Made by a program: the position numbers and the translations under genes. Of a stretch of 64,000 nt of DNA, positions 23,188 through 35,969 are shown one piece after another. The DNA is taken from positions 115,508,001 to 115,572,000 of the forward strand of contig NC_058368.1 in NCBI RefSeq assembly GCF_018350175.1, read 5' to 3'. Numbering within the stretch: position 1 is the first letter of the stretch; every line of letters begins with the position of its first letter. The stretch is from Felis catus (lineage: Eukaryota). The notes under the pieces were generated by a model. The model was not told where the DNA came from and made no database searches. It worked only from the letters and a program-made list of their open reading frames with translations.

Positions 23188-26100
23188 GTAAGCGGCCGGA
23201 GGTCGGCTGAGGGTTCCGGCCGCTGGGCGGACCAGCTGAGCAGGCTGCGGCCTGCACTTCCCGCCGTCGCCTCCGCCTGGCTCGCGGCCTCTTCGGACCC
23301 GGCTGCCGGCGATGGTCCTGCCGGGCGCCCTTCCCACCCTGTTCCCAGTGATGGCGCCGGTAGAGGCCCGGCTCGCGGTCCGAGCTTAGGCCGGAGGTGC
23401 GCTGGCCCGCTCTGCGTTCCTCCCTGGCCTCCTTTCTAGGCCCCGCGTGGTATGGAGTCCCAGGGCCTCTGCCCGGCTTGGGACTGCTGCGCTAGAGGGC
23501 CATTGTCCGGCCATGCCGGGAGGGGGAGCTGGGGCTGGGGCGTTGAGCTGCCCCTTTGACAGAGGTCGAAAGGGCTCCTCGCCCCATCACTGCCTGTGTT
23601 CTCCCACCTCCCGCCCACACCCGCCCACCTGCTATGGCTTCTTCCACCGACCCGCCTGAGCTTGGAGCCCATGTCCCAGGCAGACAGAGGAAGCCTTTTT
23701 GTCCGATCTACAAGTATTTCTTGAGTTCACTTACTTCTTGGTGGCCATACACTTCGGTCCACTCTACTTGTCCAGAAACTTAAGAGTAGGAAGTTCAGAA
23801 GGAGAAACAAAACAAAAACATGACTCTTGATGGAGGAGGGAAGTAGAGAAGCGTTTTGTTCTTTGAGGTTGCCAAATGTAAGAAACTACACTTCAGTTTT
23901 ACAGGAATGGATCTAAGAGAAAAGCTGTTAAATTTGCAAGGGTAGAGCTAGAAACTTGCACGTTGAAAACCACTGGAGAAATTAAAGTTTCCTTGTACAG
24001 TGTCTTCATAAAATGGATTTTAACGCTTAAATTAGGTAATATGTTCAAGGAGACTCTTTTAATTTGGAAGGAATTTTGCTAGATTTTTCCATTTGAAAGG
24101 ATGTCTTTGCCCTTTACGATGAAAGGTTATTTAGTTACTGGTATGGAGGTATTCCTTATACAGTTTCTAGAGTATGGGCTTGGCTTAAAATTTAGGGTCC
24201 CTCCAATATTGTAACCTCCTGGTGCCCCTATCATGTTGTTGTTTTTTCTTAGAAGCGGTGAAGTACGATTGTACTTCTGATTTTTGTTGGTGTTTCACTT
24301 GGTTACTTGAAGAGGCTCTATTAAACCGCTAGCCACTTACAAGTAGATTGGTTATCCATCGGAGGAATGGGATGGAGATGCAAGGGAAAGAGAAGCAATA
24401 TTCACCTTACCCTAAACTCAGTGAAAATGCAGGCTGTTGGACAATTAAAATACCTGTTTGCACTTGGTCTTCATTTCATTCATGTCAAAAACCTTTAATG
24501 TGAAATTAATCCCAGTGCTTACTGTAAATTAGGTTAGAGCCTTACCAACTTGTTTGGATTTACTTGACTTCTAACACATGAAAAAGGCAGACTTTAGACA
24601 GAGTAAACCTTGTATTGAAATGAAGCCGCTTATGTGTTAAAAGGAGCTTGAAACCTAAGGGGAAATTTCTTAAAGAACTTTTTAAGGGGCTGAAGCGCGC
24701 GGAGGGATGGTCATCCACATAAAAATATGTATGTATTTTTAAGGCATTTAGGAGTTGCTGAGTTCTTCTACAGTCTAATTGGGAAGTACCAATTTGAGAT
24801 TGTAACTGTATAAAATTTTTTTAATCCCCACCCCAGCCCCGTGCTGTTATTTTAAAACCTGAAGAGAAGTATGTGTGATAACTTACAGATCAAGAAATAT
24901 ATCCTTTAGTGTCTATGTTAATTGATATGCGTTAACATTTTTCAGGAAAAAAAAGTAACATTCAAAACATGTATTTTAATCTTTTAATATACTTGCCCCA
25001 GTAATGTGGGGTTTTTTTGTTTTTGTTTTTTGTTTTTGTTTTTGTTTTTGAGTTACTACGTATTCTTTAGAGTTTCTTTAAAATATCTTCTTATAAAAAT
25101 TTTAATAAGGAAAATTAAGCTTAGGCAATGATACTTTGAATTTTTAAAACTCACAATTAGCCTTTTACCCTCCTGGTTTATAACCTAGAGCCCTTTCCAG
25201 AGTATGCTTAACTTCTGAGACGGACAGGGATTTGAAATACAAAATTTGTTTTTGGTATACTAGTCAATAAAATTGTGAAAACAAATAGAAATTTTCTTTT
25301 TCAATTTTTTTTTGTAATACCAATTTTTTAAAGTTTATTTATTTTGAGAGAGAGAGAGAGAGCACGCGTGCATGCAGAGGGGCAAAGAGAGGGAATCCCA
25401 GGCAGGCTCCTTGCTGACAGCCCCAATACGGGGCTCGAATCCTCAAACTGTGACATCATGACCTGAGCCGAAGTCAACCACTTAACTGACTGAGCCACCC
25501 AGGTGCCCCTGTGTAATGTCAGTTTTAAGTTGAGTCCAGACTTAACCTGGGTATGGATAAGACCAGTTTTCATATCTTCTTCTTGACCCTAGTAATGTAT
25601 CTACAGTGGAATACAGAAAAAACTTAGTTGGCTTATGTAATTAATCTTGGTCTTAAACCTTCCCAGTTATCATTTTCTTAAAAAAAAAAAAAAAAGTTCT
25701 ATGTTAATACTCTGTTGACTTTAGATATCATGAACTTCATCTAGGTTCTAATAAAATTTTGCTGAAAGCAAATACATTTGACATGTAGCATCTTTAGGAG
25801 TTCAATATCTTCTTTCTTTGACAGAAGGAAATAGTGTTCTGTGAGATTGACAGTTCTTTAAATGCCGTGTGTTTATGGCAAAAGCTTTTGATAGACTTCA
25901 TAGACTTTATTTTGATACACACTTTCAGGTCTCTTGACCTTTGCTTTAATAGAGTATACCAAAAAGGGTCATCATCAACATCCAGTATAGTTCTTTGCAA
26001 GGATCGGGACCCTCTGGGCTTGTTGTATCCACACCAAATGGTCCTAGCCTACTGTGTTTTGAGGTTTGCTGCTGACTTTATAGGTGTTTAGCTTTGATTT

Positions 26101-27088
26101 TGATGCTTTGAGTGTCTGCTTCTAGCAGCACCACCCCCAGCCCTTTTCCAGTTGGCTGCATCTCATCTGTTGTGGGCTGGGAAACCAGATCACGGAGCTT
26201 ATTAAAATTATGTCTAAAATAAGATCCAGTAGGCTCTGAGTGACGAGGGCTTCATGTGTTCTGTGAACTGTGTGGTCTCTTTGGCTGCTCACAGACCTTT
26301 TTTACTTCCTGTTTTTCTTCTTTTGTTACACAGATGCAGGAGACTTTTGGGTGCTCTTAGAGTGCTATAATATTGAAATACAGGGCTAATTTCTTTATTC
26401 TGGGGAAGGATAAAAGACAATGTCTTGATTCTTTGAGGAGTTGAAGACAGACCAAAGTTAGGATACTATAAACTATTTTCTTAACAGTAATAGTGCTTTG
26501 TACATTTTACTGTTATCCTGATATTTATAGTTAACATTTGGTATACATGGCTTTAATGCCAGGATTATTACTTGATTTATTCTGTTTGTATAATAAAGAT
26601 TTTTAGAGCTAGTTTCTTCTAAAACCTCTCAAGAGACATCACTCCTGGAAGTGGGGGGGAACCTCAGTAAAATAAAGATTTCAAACTCTGATAGTTCTAG
26701 GCCAACCAGGTAACCAAAGTGAGCAAAAAATTGAGAGGAACTAGAAATTACATATGCTATCAGAAGAGGGCAGCTGCTACCCTGCTCTCTCCAAATGTTG
26801 CTGTTACCAAGATCTGTGGGCCCACTGTTGCCAGGTCTTCCTCCCCACCCCCCCCACCCCCCCTTTAAAAGGGAAGCCACAAATCTAGATTTTGGCAACC
26901 AATTCAAATTAAAACCAAAACATACTTCTGACAGGTTTGGTAGGCTCCAGTTTAATTTATGAATTAACATTAAAAGATTGAGGTTCAGTAAGCATTCAGG
27001 AGTGTAAGGATTGAATCATTTAAACCATAGTTGCTATCTTTTTTAAAGTTTCAAAATTTTATGCTTTATGTAGATGGGCAGGATTAAG

Positions 27089-27134
<46 letters not shown>

Positions 27135-28881
27135 GTTAATTAACTTCTTTGCTGAGGTTTTTATATGGTTATGTGTGAGGTCATAGGGAAAGCCAATTTA
27201 GTACATGCATTGATTCCTACAGTAGAAGTTTGTTTGTATCTTACTCTTAACCTCATTCTGCTCTGTTTCATGTTGTGAATCATCTTTGTATAGACTACAC
27301 ACTTTGAAAATGTTTTGAGATTGGAAGATTACAAAAGGTATCACAATTTAATTGTGATACCACAGTATTATCAGAGGTAAGGGTAAAATGAATTCTTGTC
27401 AAAATGGCAAAACAAATTATCAAACTGTTCTGTGGAGTACTGGTAACCTTAATAAATGGTTCACTGAAGATAGCTGTTTGAATTAGATCTATCTTAGAAA
27501 GCAGATACACCTTCTTACTCCAAAAAATAAGTTTCTTGAAATCTGCAGAGATTCTTTCTTTATTTAGTTTTAGTTTTTTTAGTTTTTCATTAGGAAATGA
27601 TTCTTTCTTTACAAAGTTTCATTGGATTGAGAAATTTTCTTTGGCTCTTCCAGGTTGCTATTTAAATGTAATTTAAACAGCCATCCTTGAAGGATAACTT
27701 AATTTTGGTTGCTTTAGACACTCTCAGTGTGTATTACTGTACTGCTGACTGACAAAGAGGAAGTTTTGACAAAGTCCAATTCTAGATATTTTAGTCCAGA
27801 GAGAGGGCTGCTAAAATATCCTAGGCGGTTCCCAGGATAGGAATACCTGACTCATGCCTGATGCTGCCAGGAACCTCTGCAGCCTCATCCCAGAAATGCA
27901 GGAGCACACTTTTTTATTTCTGTAGAAATAAAGTTTTGGTGGTTAGGTTCCCAAGCTAACCTTCAAAATCATATTTAACTATGACATAGGAAAATAAAGT
28001 ACCATTTGATCTGTCTCCAGAGTCAGGTGACGTTTCACGTAATAGAATCATAAAATGTTAGAACTGCAGCACATCTCAGAGCTACTCTCTGAAAAGGCCG
28101 TGTGACTTCTAGAGCTGAATCAAGAACCTGGGTTTCTTGGGTATGTCCAGTGTCTTTTCTGGCAGACTATGTACCCTTATGGATCTGTTAGGTATGTAAA
28201 TCCAAAGGATGCAGTCTTTTTCTTTTGTTCAAACAGTTGGGTATTCAAACTGTGCCTTGGAACCAGATCTTTGCCTTAGCATCTCTTTTTATTATTGAAG
28301 AGATGTGTATGAACTCCCTTAAAACAACACAAAGTTCGGATATTCTGTTCTCCATATACCTTTCAACCTTTCATCAGAGTTAAATGGGTTTTCATTCTCT
28401 AAAAGATTAAGAATCACTGTCTCATGTCCTTCAACACTGTTTTAATGTTAGTTGGTGACCCAATTACCTATTCTACAGAGAAAATAGAAATATGTGAATT
28501 CCTTCAGATTTCCTTTGAGGCTTTTGAAAACAAAATAAAACCCTGTAGCTACCATCTTTAGAGTACTCATGCAGTTTCATAATTACTGAATCTTCTGAAC
28601 ACCCCTGTGAGAATTCTGTTCTCCCCAGGTTAGATGGGAAAATAGACACTTGGAAAAGTAAACAAACTTGTCTATGATTCTGTGGTTATGGTAAGAAAAG
28701 CCAGGATTCAGATTCATGTAATCTTGACTTTAGCCAGCCATTGCTCCAAATTGACCTTGGTCATCACTCTTCTTCCTTCTTGTGTCTGGAGAAGCTATAC
28801 TTTTCCCTTTGACAATCTAACTTTTGCTTTCGTATTCTTTCTGCCAGGTCCTTGCTCTCTAGTAATTTACTCTCCTAGTTT

Positions 28882-28950
28882 TCTCTTCTCTTCTCTTCTC
28901 TTCTCTTCTCTTCTCTTCTCTTCTCTTCTCTTCTCTTCTCTTCTCTTCTC
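28882..28950 (+). repeat. (TTCTC)n pentamer repeat
   Basis: Direct reading. Confidence 0.95.
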
Positions 28951-30282
28951 GAGTCCCCTCAGCATTCAAGCTTCCTAAACAAAAATAAACGACAACAAAA
29001 AACTTTTTAACTCCCCTCCCCACTACAGTAATTCTTTCCTCTTCTTTTTCCCTCTCATCTCTGGCATTTCAGTGCCAAAATTCTTAAAAGAATAGTCTAT
29101 TCACTATCTGAGATTGCTTAGTAAGGTCACTGGTCATTGCTTAATTGCCAAATTCAGTGGACACCCTCCTCAGTTTTTATTTAATTTTTATAACAGTTAA
29201 CGTTGTTGTCACTCATTTTCCTTAGCTTCTGATAAACTGCTGTCTCTTCCTTCCTCATATCTAGTGTCTCCCAACTTTATTGGAATGCTTTTCAAACTAA
29301 TATTATTGATGGATACAAATAAGAGTTCATGAAACATTGCACACTTGGGTTAAGATTGACCTCACAAATGGTCCCGGGTAAATCAATTAAAATACATGTA
29401 TCACAGTGAGGTAAATTATTTAAAAACAAAATATATTAAGAGGAAACATTATTCATTGTTTCTTATAAAGTTACAAACTATAAACATTTTTTTTTTTTTT
29501 AAGTTTACTCATTTTGTGAGAGAAAGAGAGCAGGGGCAGAAAGAAGGAGAGGGAGAATCCCAAGCAGGTTCCTTGCTGCCAGTGCAGAACCTGATGCTGG
29601 GCTTGCTCTCAAGAACCGTGAGATCATGACCTGAGCAGAAACCAAGACTTAGATGCTTAACCGGCTGAGCTACCCAGGCACCCTAAAATGGTATTTTTCT
29701 TACCTAATAAAAGAGATCTTCATCAAGGGCTGCATTAAATGTGTTCTGTATCTTGTTTTCATTATAGTACAATACAAAAATTTGTTTCTAACAGGTACAC
29801 TCTAGCAAAAGAATGCAAAGTGTGTATTTGGCATCATTCTTGCAGTTAGGCAACTATCAACATTGTTAATTGTCTCATGAGTAGAAATAGACAGGTTGTC
29901 TAATTAAAAAACAAAAAGAAATTTATGCTTTGCTCTCGTTTATTTCAAAATAATTTGACTTCTGGGGCTTAAGAATCAAAGGACTTTGTTTTTTATTTAA
30001 AACTTCCATATGCTAGTTGTAACTCTATGGGGAATGGGTTAGTATTGTAGAAATACTTAATAAACAGTATGCTTTGATTAAATCTCAAATATATATTGAA
30101 TTACGACAAGAAATTAGATAGTGGTAGATAGTGGAGTCAGATAGACTATAATATCCTTGAGTAAGTGCTGTTTGTGTATCACAACACAGATGGACATCAT
30201 TTGTTTTGTGTTCTTGTTTCTTCAGGCAAATTATGGCTTTAAACCTGCAGAAATATGTAATATTCTTAAAAACATGTATTAA

Positions 30283-30526
30283 GGGGCGCCTGGGTGGCGC
30301 AGTTGGTTAAGCGTCCGACTTCAGCCAGGTCACGATCTCGCGGTCTGGGAGTTCGAGCCCCGCGTCAGGCTCTGGGCTGATGGCTCAGAGCCTGGAGCCT
30401 GTTTCCGATTCTGTGTCTCCCTCTCTCTCTGCCCCTCCCCCGTTCATGCTCTGTCTCTCTCTGTCCCAAAAATAAATAAACGTTGAAAAAAAAAATTTAA
30501 AAAAAAATAATAAAATAAAAAAAAAC
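30283..30526 (+). mobile_element. Young full-length felid SINEC
   Basis: Intact CpG-rich head; exact TSD AAACATGTATTAA at 30270-30282 and 30527-30539. Confidence 0.93.
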
Positions 30527-31722
30527 AAACATGTATTAAAAGTAGATAAAATTTAGGGCAAAAAATATCGTCACCTTTATGTTTCATTCCTAGAATACAG
30601 ACTAGTGTTTTGTGAGAAATACTACTGTAATTGAAACAGTTCTAATTGATCCTTTTCAGAAACATTTTCCTTTAGTCTTTGTGTGTTTCCTTATACAGTG
30701 AATGTCTTCTCACCCCACCCCCTCCTCCTGAATTCTTTATTTATCCTTGGAGACCCAATAGAAATGGCTTTTCTGTGTGCCTGTGTGCCCCAGGCATGCA
30801 GGCAGTAGGGTTCCACTATAGAACTATTTCTTAGTATGTAGACATGATTGATTGTTCTTCCCCTCTGGACTGAGCTTTCCTGGGCAAAGTCCTTGTCTTA
30901 CTCATTATATTTCCAGTATCTGATGCATAGTAGGCCTTCAGTTTTTGTCAACAATATTGAGCGAATAATGACAGCAAGTGATATGGTGAAAAAAGTAGTG
31001 GGATTTTGGAATAATATATCTGTTGAATCCTGTGCTAGTTCTGTGGCCTTAGGCAAGGTTACTTCGCTGATTTTTTTTTTTAGCCTCAGCTTCCTTGTTT
31101 ATAGAATGAGGGTAGTGTCACTTACCCTGCAGACCTGTGGAGGGTGAGTAGAAAGGAAAAACAGACTACATAAAAGGTAGGCTTTAATATAATCATTGTG
31201 ACTTAACTGCTACAGTTAGAAAGTTGCAAATACAATACCTAGAACATTTTATTCTTTAACCATTTAAGAATAAGTTGTTAACATGTCTCATCACCCCCAA
31301 ATACTTTAATGTGTATTTCTTATAAACAAGGACATTCTGCCACATAATCCTAATACAGCCTTCAAAATTAGGAAATTTCCATTGAGATCTTACTGCCATG
31401 TAATCCTCAGACCCCATTCAGGTTTTGCCAGTTGTTCCAATAATGTGTTTAGAAAAAGGATCCAGTCCAGAGTTACTCGTTGCATTTTATTATCTGTGTA
31501 TACTCTTGTTTAATTCCTTAGTCTCTTCTTGGCTTCGTGACCTTGACACTTCTAAAACATTAGAGACCAGTTATTTTGCAGAGTGTTCTCAGTTTGGGTT
31601 TATTCTCGTACGATCAGATTTAGGTCATGGATGGAGTGCCTTCCTAGCTCAGTTGGTAGAGCATGTGGCTCTTGATCCCAGGGTTGTGAGTTCAAGCCCC
31701 ACATTTGGCATTGAGCCTATTT

Positions 31723-31767
<45 letters not shown>

Positions 31768-32061
31768 ACCCCAACTTTTAGATTAGGTTGTGGATACGTG
31801 GTAGGAATGTCAGAAGCAATGCTGTGTTACTGTCTTTGTACCCTATCACATGGTATGTGATTTTGGTGGGATTCTTTTCATTGCATCCTATCAGGTGGTA
31901 TGCAATTTCAAATTGACCCATTACTGCAAATTTTCACTTCTATTGCTTGATTAAGGTAATGTCTACCACGGTTCCTTACTATACAGCCAACTCTTTTTCC
32001 CTTTATGATTGAATAAGTATTTTATTAGGAGACATTTTGAGAATATGTACTTACCTTATTT

Positions 32062-32589
32062 GTGTTATTTATTTGTTGTCACAGAAGAAAGTACCCCAAG
32101 TCTTAGCTACTTAAACATTTATTATCCCATAGTTTCTGAAGATTAGAAATCTGAGAATGGCTTATAGCTAGGTGATTCTGGCTCAGGGTCTTTTTTGAGG
32201 TTGCTGCCAAGCTATTGCCTGGAGCTGCAGTTCCCTGAAGACTGGAGAATCCTCTTCTAAGCTCATTCCCATGGTTGTTGACAAAACTCAGTTCTTTGTG
32301 GGTTATTGGACCAAAGGATTAATTTCCTCCCTGCTTAAATCTCTCCATAGGGCTGTCTGAGTATGCTTAAGACATGGCTTCCCTTAGAGTGCCCCCAGAG
32401 AGAGCTAGAGCGAGCAGCTACAGTATCTTTTATAACCAAATCTCCCAAGCATCATGGACATGCTATCACTTTGCGATAGTCTGTTGGTTTCATAGACCAC
32501 ACCTGGTGTAGTGTAGGGGAGAGAACTAAAGGGTTTAATTACTAGGAGTCAAGGATCATTGGGAGCTGTTTTGGACCCTGGGTACCACA
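32062..32589. mobile_element. MaLR (MLT1-family) solo LTR
   Basis: MLT1-like text (CTTAAACATTTATTATCCCATAGTTTCTG...GGTGATTCTGGCTCAGGGTCT...GGATCATTGGGAGCTGTTTTGGA...TACCACA). Subfamily uncertain. Confidence 0.7.
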
Positions 32590-33501
32590 CTGTCATGCAA
32601 AAGTATTAACTTACTTATTTTTAAACTTATATTTGGACTCATGATTTCAAACTATTTTATTCAGGTAGATTATAGTAATTTATTATAATTTATTTTAATT
32701 CTCAGTTGTTTTGTTTTTCCCTCATCATTCTTTGAGCATTTAGTTTGTTTTGGCAGCATAATATGTCTCTGGCTTTTTTTTTTTTTTTTTTTTTTACCCT
32801 GCTCTAGCTGTGTAATCATCTATTTTTCCAAAGCTTCCTAGTTCTGTTTACTGGAAAATGGTATTTAGAAATCAATATTTGGATGCTAGCTATGCTCATT
32901 GCTCTTGAAATCTCACTGCTTCCGAGCTTTTTCAGTATAATCAGTGGATGTAGCTAGGGAATATGTATATGTATATACAGACACACGGACACACGCAGTA
33001 CACATATTTCCATGTATATTTAGTTTTCTCTGTATATATTAAAAAAAAAACATGAGTTCACATTGGTACCTCTAATTCCAGTCGAATGCCATAGGGTTCA
33101 CCCTATACTTCTTCTTTCCAGTATAACCATTTCTTTTCTGACAGTGAGAAACCTGTTACTCTTAATAAATGTACTCATTTCATCAATTTTCCAGTATAAT
33201 CAACCTCCCAACGCTGGGTGCACCTGCATAGATACCATTCTTGCTTTCCCTCCCCAGGAGTTGCCCTTAATTTTCCTGACTTGGACATCTTGCACTGGGT
33301 CATGTACATCCCCTTACAGATTTTCTCAGAATTTTTAAAAAACAAAGTAAAATAAAGGACTTTTTATTTGACATACGTATTTAGATAAAAACTGTTTAAA
33401 GTAATAGTGCTAGTCATATAGAACATTACTTAAAGCAGATACAGGAAATTCACTCCAGTAATTGTAACCACATAGCACTTTTTCCAGTTATGGAATATGG
33501 C

Positions 33502-33962
33502 TCGTTCTTTTCTTTTACCTCTCTCCCTTTCTCTTCAGTTTTAAACCTTTATTTGATAATCAGCACTTAGTTCTCATCTACATTAACTGTCTATAAGTTT
33601 TTGAAAATGGTGATAGGTACTTAGGTAACCAGTGTATAGAGCTTGTTTGGTGAATCTTCATCCTCCTTTTTCTGGACAACTGCACATGTAAGGTATGGAA
33701 CATTCCTTATTCCTTTGGCCAGACAGCTTCGTTCAGCCAGGTGTCAGTGCACACATCTGGAGTTTCCATTGCCTTTGTGGCAAATTTCTGTAAGTCTTTG
33801 AGTGCCAAGGGGCACACTTCTTGAAACTTACTGCATGGATGCACTTTTGAATGTTAATGTATATTCTCTGGTCACTACCTCATTGGTGGGAGAACAGCCC
33901 TTCTTCTTAACACCCTTCTTTGTGGTAGCCATTGTGCCAGGTCCTGTTTGGAAAGGGAAGAG
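33502..33962 (-). pseudogene. RPL31: RPL31 (60S ribosomal protein L31) processed pseudogene, antisense in UBE2D2 intron 1
   Basis: Minus strand: pyrimidine-rich TOP-like 5' end CTCTTCCCTTTCC, ATG at 33932 ([24 protein letters not shown], versus RPL31 [25 protein letters not shown]), then [14 protein letters not shown]...FKNL*TVNVDEN* with stop at 33567-33569, AATAAA (+ strand tttatt 33548-33553) and a decayed A-rich tail. No introns. Frameshifts and premature stops (33621-33623, 33591-33593). Confidence 0.95.
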
Positions 33963-35591
33963 CCCGACGTATTATGGAGAATATGGCCTTTTCTACAGCC
34001 ATTCTTGGAGTAAACGAAGACCATGGTTTTAAGTTAGTGTTATATTCTGAGATAATTTTGATTAGTAACCTTATAATCTAGTCTCCTTTCTTAGAAATAG
34101 TTGGAAACAACTGTAATTAAAGTCCTGAAACTTATCTTTTATTATGAAATAGTTTATGAATACAAAAGGATTTAGACACTGATATGACCAACACCTATGT
34201 ACTTACATGCAATTTAACATTCAGAACTACCTAATTTAGCTCTAGTGTTAAAGTTTTGTTAGCAATAGCTTGTCTTTTTTTTTAGTTTTGTTTGTTTGTT
34301 TGTTTGTTTGTTTTTATTATTAAGTAAACTCTCTGCCCAAGTTGGGGCTTAAACTCATGACTCCCAAGATCAAGAGTAGCACACTCCATTGACTGAGCCA
34401 GCCAGGCACCTCAATAGCTTCTCTTTTTAAAGTTTGGCATCTTTGCATATTTAGAAATATTCATGTTGTCATAAAGGTGTGTTGTTGTAGGTGATGGGAA
34501 TTGCTTGTGGAGCCCCCCCCCCCACTTGACTTAACTGCATTAAAGCAATACTATATCCTCACTGAGTTTAGTAGTAGACCAGATTATTTGTATCTTTAAG
34601 CATTGCGCTTCACTTTTGTTGACTAGAAATAGTAAAATCCACTTTGAAATTATTGAACATAGCGGCACTATGTCATACATAATTTGTGAGCTGTTTTTAA
34701 AATCTGTGAATTACCATGATATTTAGTATATCTTTTATGAGATTGATTTGAAAGCATTTGCCAAGTGTTTAAAACACTGACTAAATTGCTTTAAAACAAG
34801 AATTTGAAAAAATTGTTTAATGTTTATTTATCTTTGAGAGAGAGGGAGGGAGAGAGAGAGAGAGAGAGAAAATATGTGCGTGCACATGAGCTGGGTAGGG
34901 GCAGAGAGAGAGGGAGACACAGAACCTGAAGCAGGCTCCAGGCTCTGAACTGTCAGCACAGAGCCCGATGTAGGGCTCAAACTCATGAACTGTGAGATCA
35001 TGACCTGGGGTGAAGTCAAATGCTTAACTGACTGAGCCATCCAAGTGCCCCTGAAATTTGAATTCTTTTTGAAAAGAGAAATATTTTAAAAAAACGAGAA
35101 ATATTTATACCCTTTATTTTCATTACTGTGGGACAAATCTTGAATGAAGAAAGTCTGTTTACCTTACAGTGCAATCCCAAAACATGCTTATGCAGTTATT
35201 TTTTTTTCCAGTATATTCTTTCCGTTCCTCTTTGTTGAATCTGTAACTTGATGTGGAAATTCAATTGAATGAGGTCACATGCAACATAATACAAGGTTAA
35301 AAAATTGTTCAGACTTCAAGGAACAACCCGAAGCTAACAGTGTTTATTGGCATTTGGAGAGGAGCTATTTGTTTCTTAGCCGGGATAGTAAACTTGACTT
35401 GATCTGTAATTTTAGAGCCTGAAGTAGGGCCACTACTGTGGCACTCTTTTTACTTATGTGGTAGTATATTCATTGTCTTTTAGCTTCCAGGATTGCTGTT
35501 AAGTCCAAAACTGTTCTGATTTTTTGATCCTGTATATGTGACCAGTTTTCTTTCTGGAAGCTTACAGGTTTTCTTTTTTTTCTTTTTTTTT

Positions 35592-35630
<39 letters not shown>

Positions 35631-35969
35631 TTTTTTATTTATTTTTGAGACAGGGAGAGACAGAGCATGAACAGGGTAGGGTCAGAGAGAGGGAGACACA
35701 GAATCTGAAACAGGCTCCAGGCTCTGAGCTGTCAGCACAGAGCCCGATGTAGGGCTCAGACTCACGGCCTGCGAGATCATGACCTGAGCCGAAGTCGGCC
35801 GCTTAACCGACTGAGCCACCCAGGCACCCCCAGGTTTTGTCTCACATGTGATATTTCATGACAAGTGGTGTTGTAGGTCAATTTTCATTTATTTTGCTCA
35901 ACATACAGTTGGTCTTTTTGAGCCAGAAATTCACGTCCTGTTTGTTTTGTTTTGTTTTGTTTTCTTTTC

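Larger units (their letters stand above)
22430..23660. promoter_or_regulatory. UBE2D2: CpG island: UBE2D2 promoter, 5'UTR, exon 1 and start of intron 1
   Basis: Abrupt GC- and CpG-rich stretch in otherwise AT-rich, CpG-poor DNA. Contains GC boxes, CCAAT at 22653-22657 and CRE-like CGACGTCA at 22538-22545. The exact TSS cannot be determined from sequence. Confidence 0.93.

Noticed and set aside
22969..23439. 156-aa ORF containing MALKRIHK as a single-exon gene
   Set aside because: After 23187 it reads through a strong donor (AAG|GTAAGC) into intron 1; the real CDS continues at 61009.
22340..23783. Many overlapping Arg/Pro/Gly/Ala-rich ORFs on both strands, including the 239-aa minus ORF
   Set aside because: Expected in stop-poor CpG-island DNA; no recognisable domain.
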